A DNA stretch of 51,412 nt from a virus (taxonomy: Duplodnaviria; Caudoviricetes), in IMG/VR virus record IMGVR_UViG_3300023073_000001, positions 1-51,412 of that record. One strand, written 5' to 3'. The translations under genes and the position numbers were made by a program. The notes under the pieces were generated by a model, which was not told where the DNA came from, ran no database searches, and worked only from the letters and a program-made list of their open reading frames with translations. Of this stretch, positions 1 through 7,566 are shown piece after piece (positions within the stretch are counted from its first letter, which is position 1; every line of letters starts with the position of its first letter).

Positions 1-127
1 AGATGCGGAGCTGAATGCCTTCGGCATCTACGCCCACTAATAGACGGCCTTTGGGAGCCATCCACAAAGATCTTAGTTCTTTACCGTATAGCTTCTTCTT
101 GCCAGCGGTGTCGAACTCATTGGGAAT
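1..127. repeat. 127-bp exact terminal duplication, copy 1 (assembly circularisation overlap)
   Basis: Identical to 51286-51412; lies inside the polA reading frame; 127 is a common assembler k-mer size. Confidence 0.95.
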
Positions 128-1297
128 ATTAGCGGTGTTGGGATTTTGGTGCGCCATCCTGTGGGTCCAGGCGCCGATGCCGTAAAACTTACCGTGAATA
201 CGAGACTCACAGTTACGGGAACTCGGTTGGCATAAACCGATCCACTCTGTTAGTGTCCGGCGCCTAGACTCAAGCAGGATACGCTTAGCCAGCAAGCGGG
301 AGGGAGGAGGAGCACTTGCTGGCAAGGTGTCAAGGTTTTCTTCGTCAACCTTCCAACCTGTTATTCTTAATTCTTGAAGTTTATTATCTAATTCTTTTAG
401 TCTTATGTCAAGCTCAGTTGTACGGTATTTATTATATTTCAGTCTACCGAGGTCTCTCTCGGTTTCTATATGCGTCTTCGTCTTGTTTACTGGTCTCCAG
501 CCAGCTTCGTTAAGCACCCCAATAATCTGCTTATGACTACTAGGGTTAAACTCAGTCCAAGCGCAATAGGAAAAAGAAGCGCCAACGGTAAGATCAGCAA
601 TATGTTCCCGCATTCCCTTAGGGATTGAGGTAAGACTGATCGTGCCATACTTAGTTTCCTTCGGAGTTATCTCTCGGATTAACTTCAGTCTAGGAGGGAA
701 GGCTTCAAGGATTTGATCGTCTAGAAGCTTAAGCTCTCCTGTAACTTTTTCAAGTAATCCTTCCGCTTTCTTAACGTTGAAAGCAAAGCCGTTTGTATGG
801 AGCTGATTAACAACCAACTGAAAGCTATGCTCCAGATCAAGGCTGTCTCTATGGTCTGGGTGATCAATATACTTACGGTACTTATTGTAAATACGATGGC
901 AGATATCCACGTCCCTAATACAATAGTCTTCCATAAGTTTTGAATACTTACTAAAGTCAAAGAACTTACCCTTCTCCAGATTAAACTCTATACCATAGTC
1001 TTCTATTGAATGTCCCTTACGGGGATAGTCTACTAACTTAGATACTATAAGTGTATCTAATACTTTACCGATGTCAATAGTAATACCTAATATAGTATGT
1101 AGTGTAGGTATATCATACCCTAATATGTTATGTCCAATTAATAACGTACAAGTATCTAAGTATTCCTTAAGCTTATGGAGATTCTCTTTCTCCCTGAAGA
1201 TATGATATTCGTTAGTGTCAATGTCCTTGCAGACCACTACCCATATCTGAGTAGGGTCTACAAGAGCATTGGCTTCTACGTCTAGAACTATTCTCAA
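1..1297 (-). CDS. polA: Family A DNA polymerase, N-terminal part (3'-5' exonuclease and thumb); continues across the junction to 50627 (about 651 aa in total)
   Basis: Manual translation from TTG at 1297 gives MRIVLDVEANAL (ExoI), LIGHNILGYD (ExoII), YCIRDV (ExoIII), FNPSS and GAWTHRMAHQNPNTANIP; frame is open to position 1 and in frame with the 50627-51352 ORF; missing from the ORF track because it wraps. Confidence 0.93.
   Translation of the reverse strand, partial: MRIVLDVEANALVDPTQIWVVVCKDIDTNEYHIFREKENLHKLKEYLDTCTLLIGHNILGYDIPTLHTILGITIDIGKVLDTLIVSKLVDYPRKGHSIEDYGIEFNLEKGKFFDFSKYSKLMEDYCIRDVDICHRIYNKYRKYIDHPDHRDSLDLEHSFQLVVNQLHTNGFAFNVKKAEGLLEKVTGELKLLDDQILEAFPPRLKLIREITPKETKYGTISLTSIPKGMREHIADLTVGASFSYCAWTEFNPSSHKQIIGVLNEAGWRPVNKTKTHIETERDLGRLKYNKYRTTELDIRLKELDNKLQELRITGWKVDEENLDTLPASAPPPSRLLAKRILLESRRRTLTEWIGLCQPSSRNCESRIHGKFYGIGAWTHRMAHQNPNTANIPNEFDTAGKKKLYGKELRSLWMAPKGRLLVGVDAEGIQLRI
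383..411 (-). promoter_or_regulatory. sigma70-type promoter inside polA
   Basis: TTGACA (411-406), 17-nt spacer, GATAAT (388-383), in an AT-rich stretch; points toward the SSB gene and the 47.8-49.7 kb island across the junction. Confidence 0.6.
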
Positions 1298-1326
1298 GTC
1301 GGCATCATCCTCATTCTCCTTCTCCT

Positions 1327-2271
1327 TTAGAAGTCGTCGACGAACTTAATCTCGCCGGGGTCCTTGACTTTCTTCTTCTTCATGTCCTTGAAAGGCGGGC
1401 ACTTCTGGTCGATGAGATTATTTATAAGATAATCCAGACCTTCTTTGCAAGCCCTTTCTTCGGTGTTGAAGACACTCGTTCCTTCGGGACCGGGGAGGTA
1501 GTAGGCATTCTTGCCTTCAAGTTCTCCGTTCCCGAGATTGTAGGTACTCCCCAAGCACGAGCTTAGGAAGGATGCGTCCTTGTCGCAAGTCCAGGAAGCG
1601 AAGATAAGCTTCCTGAACATACTGACATGGCCGACACCATACGCAAGCCGTCCGATATCTACGGGCTGACCCGCAGACTTTACACGGACGGCAGTACAAG
1701 CAGAGTTGAGTTTGTCTCCACTGCCAAAGGACTTAGCCGTAGCGATGGCGATGACTTCGACTGCGAAGCCTCGAGCTTCGACCTGATCAACGATGGCAGC
1801 AACGACTGCAGCGCGATTGGTAATCGCATCTCCAGACGTCCCGCAGTTTGCTCCCATTGACGAGAGCAACGTTATGACAGGTTTTCGCTTCGAGAAAGCA
1901 CTATCCATCTGCTTCATATTCAAGATGTTACCACTGATTGCTCGAGGTACATCAGGAATAGCGCCGCAGATGCCGTACTTTACGGCCTTAGGAGCGACAG
2001 GATTGAGGGCATTGATGGTGTCCCTGATCTTCACGACCTTCGGAACACCTTCCTTCCAGCCCGTCTGAGCCAGATCAATAGCCTCGGCGAGCGTGCGACA
2101 GCCAGCCCAATCAGGACGATCATCTTCGAACCCCGCGTCAGCCCATGGTTTACCCTTGAAATCCTTCAAGAAGTCTCCAAGGCTCTCGGGAGATTTCCAG
2201 AAACTACCGAACCTCATCGGGGGCAGGTAGTCGGCTAGGGATTTTTCGTTCCCAACGATTACCCGTTCCAT
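1327..2271 (-). CDS. vWA/CobT-like partner of the MoxR-type AAA+ ATPase
   Basis: 314 aa, coupled to the ATPase stop; alpha/beta pattern PVITLLSSMGANCGTS...RAAVVAAIVDQVEARGFAVEVIA...VKSAGQP resembles phage vWA proteins. Confidence 0.6.
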   Translation of the reverse strand: MERVIVGNEKSLADYLPPMRFGSFWKSPESLGDFLKDFKGKPWADAGFEDDRPDWAGCRTLAEAIDLAQTGWKEGVPKVVKIRDTINALNPVAPKAVKYGICGAIPDVPRAISGNILNMKQMDSAFSKRKPVITLLSSMGANCGTSGDAITNRAAVVAAIVDQVEARGFAVEVIAIATAKSFGSGDKLNSACTAVRVKSAGQPVDIGRLAYGVGHVSMFRKLIFASWTCDKDASFLSSCLGSTYNLGNGELEGKNAYYLPGPEGTSVFNTEERACKEGLDYLINNLIDQKCPPFKDMKKKKVKDPGEIKFVDDF

Positions 2272-3278
2272 TACTTCACCTTCTTCTTGGCAGCACCGGT
2301 GAACATACCAGAAGCATTCTTCTCCAGCTTTTCGATGTTCATGGCGGCATACACACGATTGCGCAGCTCCATGTCAGTGCCCTTCCAGATCGTACGGTTC
2401 TCCACGACCTCCCAAGGCCAGCCGGCCTTCAGAAGCTTGGCACCGTAGATCGAGGCACGAGGACTGATGACGATACGGACGTTCTCCGCCATAGCCGCCT
2501 TGCGAACCTTCTGGACATACTCAGTCCACTTGACGTCGCCGGCAACCAGGAGTTCCAGCTTGGTATCGTACTGGAAGTCGATGAAGACGAACCGATCCAG
2601 CGTACTGGCGTCGAGCTGGTTAGCACCGACATACATCCGGTCAGCACCCTGACCAGTCGTATTGGCGGCAGCAATCACCCGGAAGTCCTTGTGCTTATAG
2701 AGAACATCAGGATGGTCCGGGAACATCGCGTAGCCATTGGCCAGTGCAGTGTTCATCCACTTGAGCGCGCCTGGATCGGACGAATCCATTTCGTCTACCA
2801 GGATCAGGCCGCCCTTCTCGAAGGCATCACGGAAAGAAGTCGGGATATACCGACCCTGTGCATCCATGTAGCCAGTCAGCTCATGGGCACCTGAGACCGC
2901 ATTCTGGAGGTAATACTTCAGCTTCAGGGCATCGGCCACCTGCTTGCAGATAGTCGACTTACCAGAGCCGGCCGGACCAATCAGAGCAACTGGGATGTTC
3001 TGATCCACCGCAGTCAGGACGTCCGGGAAGACGTAGTGACGGGGCTGGTCGGGCAGCAGGACGACATCATCGCCCTTCTTGAGTTCGAACTTGTTGAGGA
3101 CGTTCAGCTCCATGGCCATATCCTTGACCATCTGCTTGACTTCGTCCATCGTGGGGGAATTGATTGCCTTGCGCAGAAAAGCGAGGCTGTCCTTCTCGAG
3201 ATCAGGGACCTTCGGCACGTTCAGTGCATCCATGATCGACGTCGGCAGCGGGGGAGCGACAGCAGCGAAACCACTCAT
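2271..3278 (-). CDS. MoxR/CobS-like AAA+ ATPase
   Basis: Walker A GPAGSGKS, Walker B ILVDEMD, sensor AAANT, LDASTLDRF, ISPRA; strong RBS AAGGAGG. Confidence 0.9.
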   Translation of the reverse strand: MSGFAAVAPPLPTSIMDALNVPKVPDLEKDSLAFLRKAINSPTMDEVKQMVKDMAMELNVLNKFELKKGDDVVLLPDQPRHYVFPDVLTAVDQNIPVALIGPAGSGKSTICKQVADALKLKYYLQNAVSGAHELTGYMDAQGRYIPTSFRDAFEKGGLILVDEMDSSDPGALKWMNTALANGYAMFPDHPDVLYKHKDFRVIAAANTTGQGADRMYVGANQLDASTLDRFVFIDFQYDTKLELLVAGDVKWTEYVQKVRKAAMAENVRIVISPRASIYGAKLLKAGWPWEVVENRTIWKGTDMELRNRVYAAMNIEKLEKNASGMFTGAAKKKVK

Positions 3279-3304
3279 TGTAGCCTCCTTGAGGAGATCT
3301 TATA

Positions 3305-3460
3305 GTTAGCAGTAGTACTAACAAAGTAGTGCCCCGCTACCGTGGTGGTGCAAGCACCCAGTAGCCTCGGGGGACTTCGCAGGTCGTACCCTTTACAGGA
3401 CTAGCCACGAGTAGCGGAGCAAAGTAACCCGACGGGGAAGAGAGGCAGGCCCCGCCGGGT
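3305..3460 (-). ncRNA. Putative structured leader RNA upstream of the AAA+/vWA operon
   Basis: About 16-bp stem 3330-3345/3405-3421 enclosing short hairpins; 11-bp hairpin 3427-3437/3450-3460; hairpin 3305-3322; no convincing ORF. Confidence 0.5.
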
Positions 3461-3466
3461 ATCGTA

Positions 3467-3601
3467 TTACTTCGTGGTGACGACGCACGCACTTCCTTTG
3501 AACGGCCAGAAGTCGTAGCAGTTCGCCGAGAGGTGACTGCCGAGGTATACAGCGCCGACAGTGATACCCACGACAAAAAGTATTCCAATTACCTTGGTCA
3601 T
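3467..3601 (-). CDS. 44-aa membrane peptide
   Basis: GGAG RBS; MTKVIGILFVVGITVGAVYLGSHLSANCYDFWPFKGSACVVTTK; below the ORF-track cutoff. Confidence 0.65.
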   Translation of the reverse strand: MTKVIGILFVVGITVGAVYLGSHLSANCYDFWPFKGSACVVTTK

Positions 3602-3609
3602 CCAATCTC

Positions 3610-3804
3610 CTATGCTGCTTCATCGAGGGCTGGACCTTTGCCCAGAGCCTTTCGGTAGAAAGACCTAAGTAACTTACTGGTTTGATCAATAGCTTCGTCG
3701 TACTTGCCGTCAGTATTAATCTTCGAGTAGAAGGCCAAGCCCTGACGGGCCTGGTTCATCTTCCTCGCCATCAATTGATTTTCAATGTAGATAATATTAG
3801 TCAT
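3610..3804 (-). CDS. Hypothetical protein (64 aa)
   Basis: ATG at 3804 after GAGG, overlapping the upstream stop; ends DEAA. Confidence 0.6.
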   Translation of the reverse strand: MTNIIYIENQLMARKMNQARQGLAFYSKINTDGKYDEAIDQTSKLLRSFYRKALGKGPALDEAA

Positions 3805-4114
3805 CTTCGAGTATTCCTCGTAGTTCGTATACTTTACAGAACTCCAACGGATCACACCAAAACCAGTTATTAGGCTGGTCGTACATCCGATTGGGTATCA
3901 GCAGGGTATTCTCCCCTGCATGGGTTCCTCCATGACCGAATTCATAGATGATCCAAGTGTTGGGTCCAGTCTTAGGCCGAGCAAGGAACACAGTCCCTGC
4001 TGGCATATCCCTAAGCCAGTCCCAACTCTTCGGTGGACCCTTGCCTCCGGTCCTTAAAAGGGGCTGTGCTTCTTGATCCTCAGGTTTATCATTATTTACG
4101 ATCAATTTAAGCAT
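3797..4114 (-). CDS. Hypothetical protein
   Basis: 105 aa, RBS GAGGTGGAG, packed within the operon. Confidence 0.7.
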   Translation of the reverse strand: MLKLIVNNDKPEDQEAQPLLRTGGKGPPKSWDWLRDMPAGTVFLARPKTGPNTWIIYEFGHGGTHAGENTLLIPNRMYDQPNNWFWCDPLEFCKVYELRGILEDD

Positions 4115-4148
4115 GCTCCACCTCTTATAGATAGGCCCTAGAACGGCT

Positions 4149-4382
4149 TTAGAAGGCCGCTGGTGCGTTATTTTCGTTCGCCGGTGTCACCCTACCGGCG
4201 ACAGTGCTAAAGGTAAGATTTACCTTCTCCAGAGCATACAAATCTTGCTCGAGAAGGAAGCCCTCTGGCGTGCAGATGAGAACCTTAACCGACTGGGGTT
4301 GCGTCGACAAAGCAACGATGTGCCCCATCACCGGTAGATCCTCAAGAAGAGTTACTACCAGATCCTTTTCCCTGAATATCAT
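4149..4382 (-). CDS. Hypothetical protein
   Basis: 77 aa with GGAG RBS, fills the gap after ung. Confidence 0.55.
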   Translation of the reverse strand: MIFREKDLVVTLLEDLPVMGHIVALSTQPQSVKVLICTPEGFLLEQDLYALEKVNLTFSTVAGRVTPANENNAPAAF

Positions 4383-5043
4383 CGAGACTCCAGTCTATCG
4401 GCTCATGGCCGATCTCTACTAGCTTTGCGTTGATAGTCGAGAACAGCCGGCTACCTACGAAAGGATTACGACTGTTCAGTGATCCTCGCGGGGAGGGGTG
4501 CGATGAAAGAATGACCGGAGAGGTTCGGACCTCGGCGAGATGTCGCTTCGCGACACTTCCAAGAAAGGCGAAGACGACACCTTGTTCGTCGCATCGTTGG
4601 ATGATTTCTCGGGTGAGGTAGTCCCAGCAGCCGTCAGGCCAGTCGTGAGATAAAGACTTACCAGCTCGGCAACTAGGAATGGTGTTCCAGAGAAGGACTC
4701 CTCGCTCCGCCCATGCTGTGAGGTCACCGTGAGGTGGAGCTGGATATCCGAGGTCTCGTTGATACTCGGCGAAGATCGCTCGGAGTGTAGGAGGGAAATC
4801 GACTGGTTCGACGTCCTTCGGAACAGAGAAGGCAAGTCCTGTTCCCCTTCCATCTGGGTAAGGGTCCTGTCCAAGAATAACCGCTTTCGTTTTTCCCAGC
4901 GGTGTAGCCGAAAGAGCTCGGAACATGCTTGCCTTGGACGGCACAACTCCGTGACCATGTCGTATATCGTCATCGATCCGCTCCTTACAGACTTGAAATT
5001 CACCGCTGTTCCAGAAGTTTAGGCTAGACCACGGATAAGTCAT
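4342..5043 (-). CDS. ung: Uracil-DNA glycosylase, family 1-like
   Basis: Motifs ILGQDPYP, GLAFSV, PPTLRAIF, GVLLWN, SHPSPRG. Confidence 0.9.
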   Translation of the reverse strand: MTYPWSSLNFWNSGEFQVCKERIDDDIRHGHGVVPSKASMFRALSATPLGKTKAVILGQDPYPDGRGTGLAFSVPKDVEPVDFPPTLRAIFAEYQRDLGYPAPPHGDLTAWAERGVLLWNTIPSCRAGKSLSHDWPDGCWDYLTREIIQRCDEQGVVFAFLGSVAKRHLAEVRTSPVILSSHPSPRGSLNSRNPFVGSRLFSTINAKLVEIGHEPIDWSLDDIQGKGSGSNSS

Positions 5044-5296
5044 AATGATTTTTCTTTCTAAGTAAGAAGAGCTTCTTGGTCGGAGACTCAGCGACGTAGT
5101 GTTCTTCGCCCCAGCGCTCTGATCGAGGATAGAGCGTCAATGAGACGTTAAGAACGGTGTACATCTGGCCTTCGGGGAAGTCTTCGTTGTTGCTGTTAAG
5201 GACGAAGCCTTGGAGATGGTTGGTCTGAGGGATAATCCTCCACAGACGAAACTCACACTCAAAGACCATGGCGTCACGCTGCTTTAGCTTGGACAT
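5024..5296 (-). CDS. Hypothetical protein
   Basis: ORF bridging primase-helicase and ung; start uncertain. Confidence 0.55.
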   Translation of the reverse strand: MSKLKQRDAMVFECEFRLWRIIPQTNHLQGFVLNSNNEDFPEGQMYTVLNVSLTLYPRSERWGEEHYVAESPTKKLFLLRKKNHYDLSVV

Positions 5297-6830
5297 GAGG
5301 GTTCCAGTTGTCGTTGTCGGGTTCAATGAATTCAGACAAAGTATAAGTAACTGGATCGAAAAGTAATTCACCTGCTGGTCCTGTTCTTCCACAGAACCTA
5401 TTCTTTGAGATCATTAGATGCGTCGTTCGACGGACGACTGGATCGGGAGACTCGACATCACGAGACAGATCAATACGGATATCTGCTATCTTACTGATGT
5501 TACGGCTACCTCGGGTCAGACCGTCGTCGTTAACATGGCTAACAACGATCAACGCGAAGTCGAGCTCCTTCACCATCATCTCTAGTCGCGTCGAAAGATA
5601 GTCGAGCGAAGTCCGCTCATCCGATCCTCGAGCTCCAGAGACAACCATGGTAAGGTGGTCGAGCAGAATGTAACGACAACCGCGCGCGGATACCAGAAAT
5701 CGAATGGTATCGAGAATGACGTCAGGATCATCTGATCCAAAATGGCTATAGATGTGAAGACGCTCGTCCACCCTAACAACTTCTTGAACGGCCTTGAGTG
5801 TTTGTTCATGATCGACACCGCTGTCTGGCAGATGGACGGGAAGCTGGAGATGAATTCCCGCGATCGCTTGAAGATGACGACGCTTCGGCTCCTCAAGAAA
5901 GATAGCGCCGATAGGATCATCGGTTTCTTTAAGTAGCTGGTGTTCAATAGCATGCATCACCTCCGTCTTACCAATGCCCTCTTGGGCGGTTATAAGTACA
6001 CTCTCTCCGGTACGAATACCGTAGGTCATATAATTTAAGGTAGGAAAGGGGTAGGGGACGCCCTGACGAGGCGTCTCCCTGATGATCTTGTCGAACTCAC
6101 TGAACGAAGAGACTATGCTCTGCGGGAGGTATCTTCGCGCATTGGTCCAAATCGCTGCCAGTTCTCCATCCTCGCCGGCGGCGACGTAATCGTTGGCGTC
6201 TTTTCTGGCACCACCAGGGAAGGACACCATGTAAACCTTGTTGTAATCAAACAACTTTGCCACTTTAGATGCTGCTTGACGTCCTGCTTCATCCCCATCA
6301 AACGCAAGTATAATCTTTTCGAATGAGTTAAGCCAGGATCGGTCCAAGCCAGCGTCAGTCCCAGCACTAGAAGCACTGTGAACGCTGACGACAGGCGTGC
6401 GTACAGTCTGCCAAAGCGATAGAGCATCGAGTTCTCCCTCTGTGATAGTCACGGTTTTGTGACTGCTAGCCGCGAACTTATTACGACCAAATAAACCAGC
6501 TTTGGCTATATCACCCTGAGTATAGAAACCCTTTTTATCGAGAGTCCTGATCTTATAACTCCCATTAGGATACGGGAAGCCCATATCTTTAGGCTTACCA
6601 TCTGCCGCTATCCTAGTCTTTACGTCGTACTTCTGCATCGCTTCGCGTATAATTCCGCGTGATGACAGGTATTCGAAGGAATAATTCTCTAAGTCAGACA
6701 AAGTATTTCTCTCAGGAGGAGTGTATGTGAGACACGAAAAGCAATAACTGTGGCCGTCTTCGTAGACGCACTTGGCGTCAGACGAACCACAGTCATCACA
6801 AGCGATATGTTGTTCTACTATCTTACTCAT
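5274..6830 (-). CDS. T7 gp4-like DNA primase-helicase
   Basis: Zn finger CDDC...CFSC; TOPRIM TEGELDA and FDGDEAG; SF4 helicase motifs AQEGIGKT, LLDHL, VSHV, SKNRFCGRTG. Confidence 0.95.
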   Translation of the reverse strand: MSKIVEQHIACDDCGSSDAKCVYEDGHSYCFSCLTYTPPERNTLSDLENYSFEYLSSRGIIREAMQKYDVKTRIAADGKPKDMGFPYPNGSYKIRTLDKKGFYTQGDIAKAGLFGRNKFAASSHKTVTITEGELDALSLWQTVRTPVVSVHSASSAGTDAGLDRSWLNSFEKIILAFDGDEAGRQAASKVAKLFDYNKVYMVSFPGGARKDANDYVAAGEDGELAAIWTNARRYLPQSIVSSFSEFDKIIRETPRQGVPYPFPTLNYMTYGIRTGESVLITAQEGIGKTEVMHAIEHQLLKETDDPIGAIFLEEPKRRHLQAIAGIHLQLPVHLPDSGVDHEQTLKAVQEVVRVDERLHIYSHFGSDDPDVILDTIRFLVSARGCRYILLDHLTMVVSGARGSDERTSLDYLSTRLEMMVKELDFALIVVSHVNDDGLTRGSRNISKIADIRIDLSRDVESPDPVVRRTTHLMISKNRFCGRTGPAGELLFDPVTYTLSEFIEPDNDNWNPHVQAKAA

Positions 6831-7455
6831 TCCGTCTCTTGTTGAATTGGTAATGGCGGTTAAGCCACGGACGGGGGCTATCTTGGATCTCGAGATGATC
6901 GAAGTTAAGTCCGTCGATGATGGGGTTCCAGTAGTCGCGCATTGCGACGTACATAAAGGCCCGCAGGATTACAGTACGTTCCTCAGTGAGGATGTGTTTG
7001 TAAAGCGGAGCACCGGTGACGTGCTTGTGCCAGAAGTTCTCTTCGAGCTGATGATCACGCTCAGAAGCGAGGAGGAGCACCCGAGTACGTCTGAATTGTA
7101 CTCCGTTCCGCATAGCCGTGTCAAGCTTGGGGATTTGTTTTGTTGGGACTTTGTGGACTTCACCCTTAATACGGGCGAAGTGCAGCTTATCAACCAACTG
7201 GGGGGAACGATATCCATGGAAGGGGATGACCTTGTCGGTCAAAGTTTCCCTGAATACTTCGAAACCGCAGTGGGTGTAGGCACGACAAGCGTACCTTTCA
7301 CCGAGAGCGTTTCGGCATCCAGTCTGAAGGTCGTCGACGACGAAAAACAACCACGCCGGAGACTCCAACAAAACTGGGTAGTCAGGTGTATGCCGCACCT
7401 GCATCCGGATCATCAGGTTCATAGCCCTGATTTCTTTTGGATCAGAAATATCCAT
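6823..7455 (-). CDS. Gamma-glutamyl cyclotransferase (GGCT/AIG2)-like protein, degenerate
   Basis: FFVVDDLQTG resembles FVYGTL; IKGEVHKV...IPKLD...FRRTRV follows the GGCT fold pattern. Confidence 0.5.
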   Translation of the reverse strand: MDISDPKEIRAMNLMIRMQVRHTPDYPVLLESPAWLFFVVDDLQTGCRNALGERYACRAYTHCGFEVFRETLTDKVIPFHGYRSPQLVDKLHFARIKGEVHKVPTKQIPKLDTAMRNGVQFRRTRVLLLASERDHQLEENFWHKHVTGAPLYKHILTEERTVILRAFMYVAMRDYWNPIIDGLNFDHLEIQDSPRPWLNRHYQFNKRRNE

Positions 7456-7566
7456 AACACCCTCCAGTAAGGAGGGAGAGGACTGGCGTAGCTAACTACG
7501 CTGCTTGCCTCTCCCCGTTCCGGTTTCTTCTAACCGGTAGTTACCACAGTCTCTTCTGACTGTGCC

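Noticed and set aside
1-127. Terminal repeat as a biological DTR
   Set aside because: Exactly 127 bp and inside the polA coding sequence; best explained as an assembler overlap.
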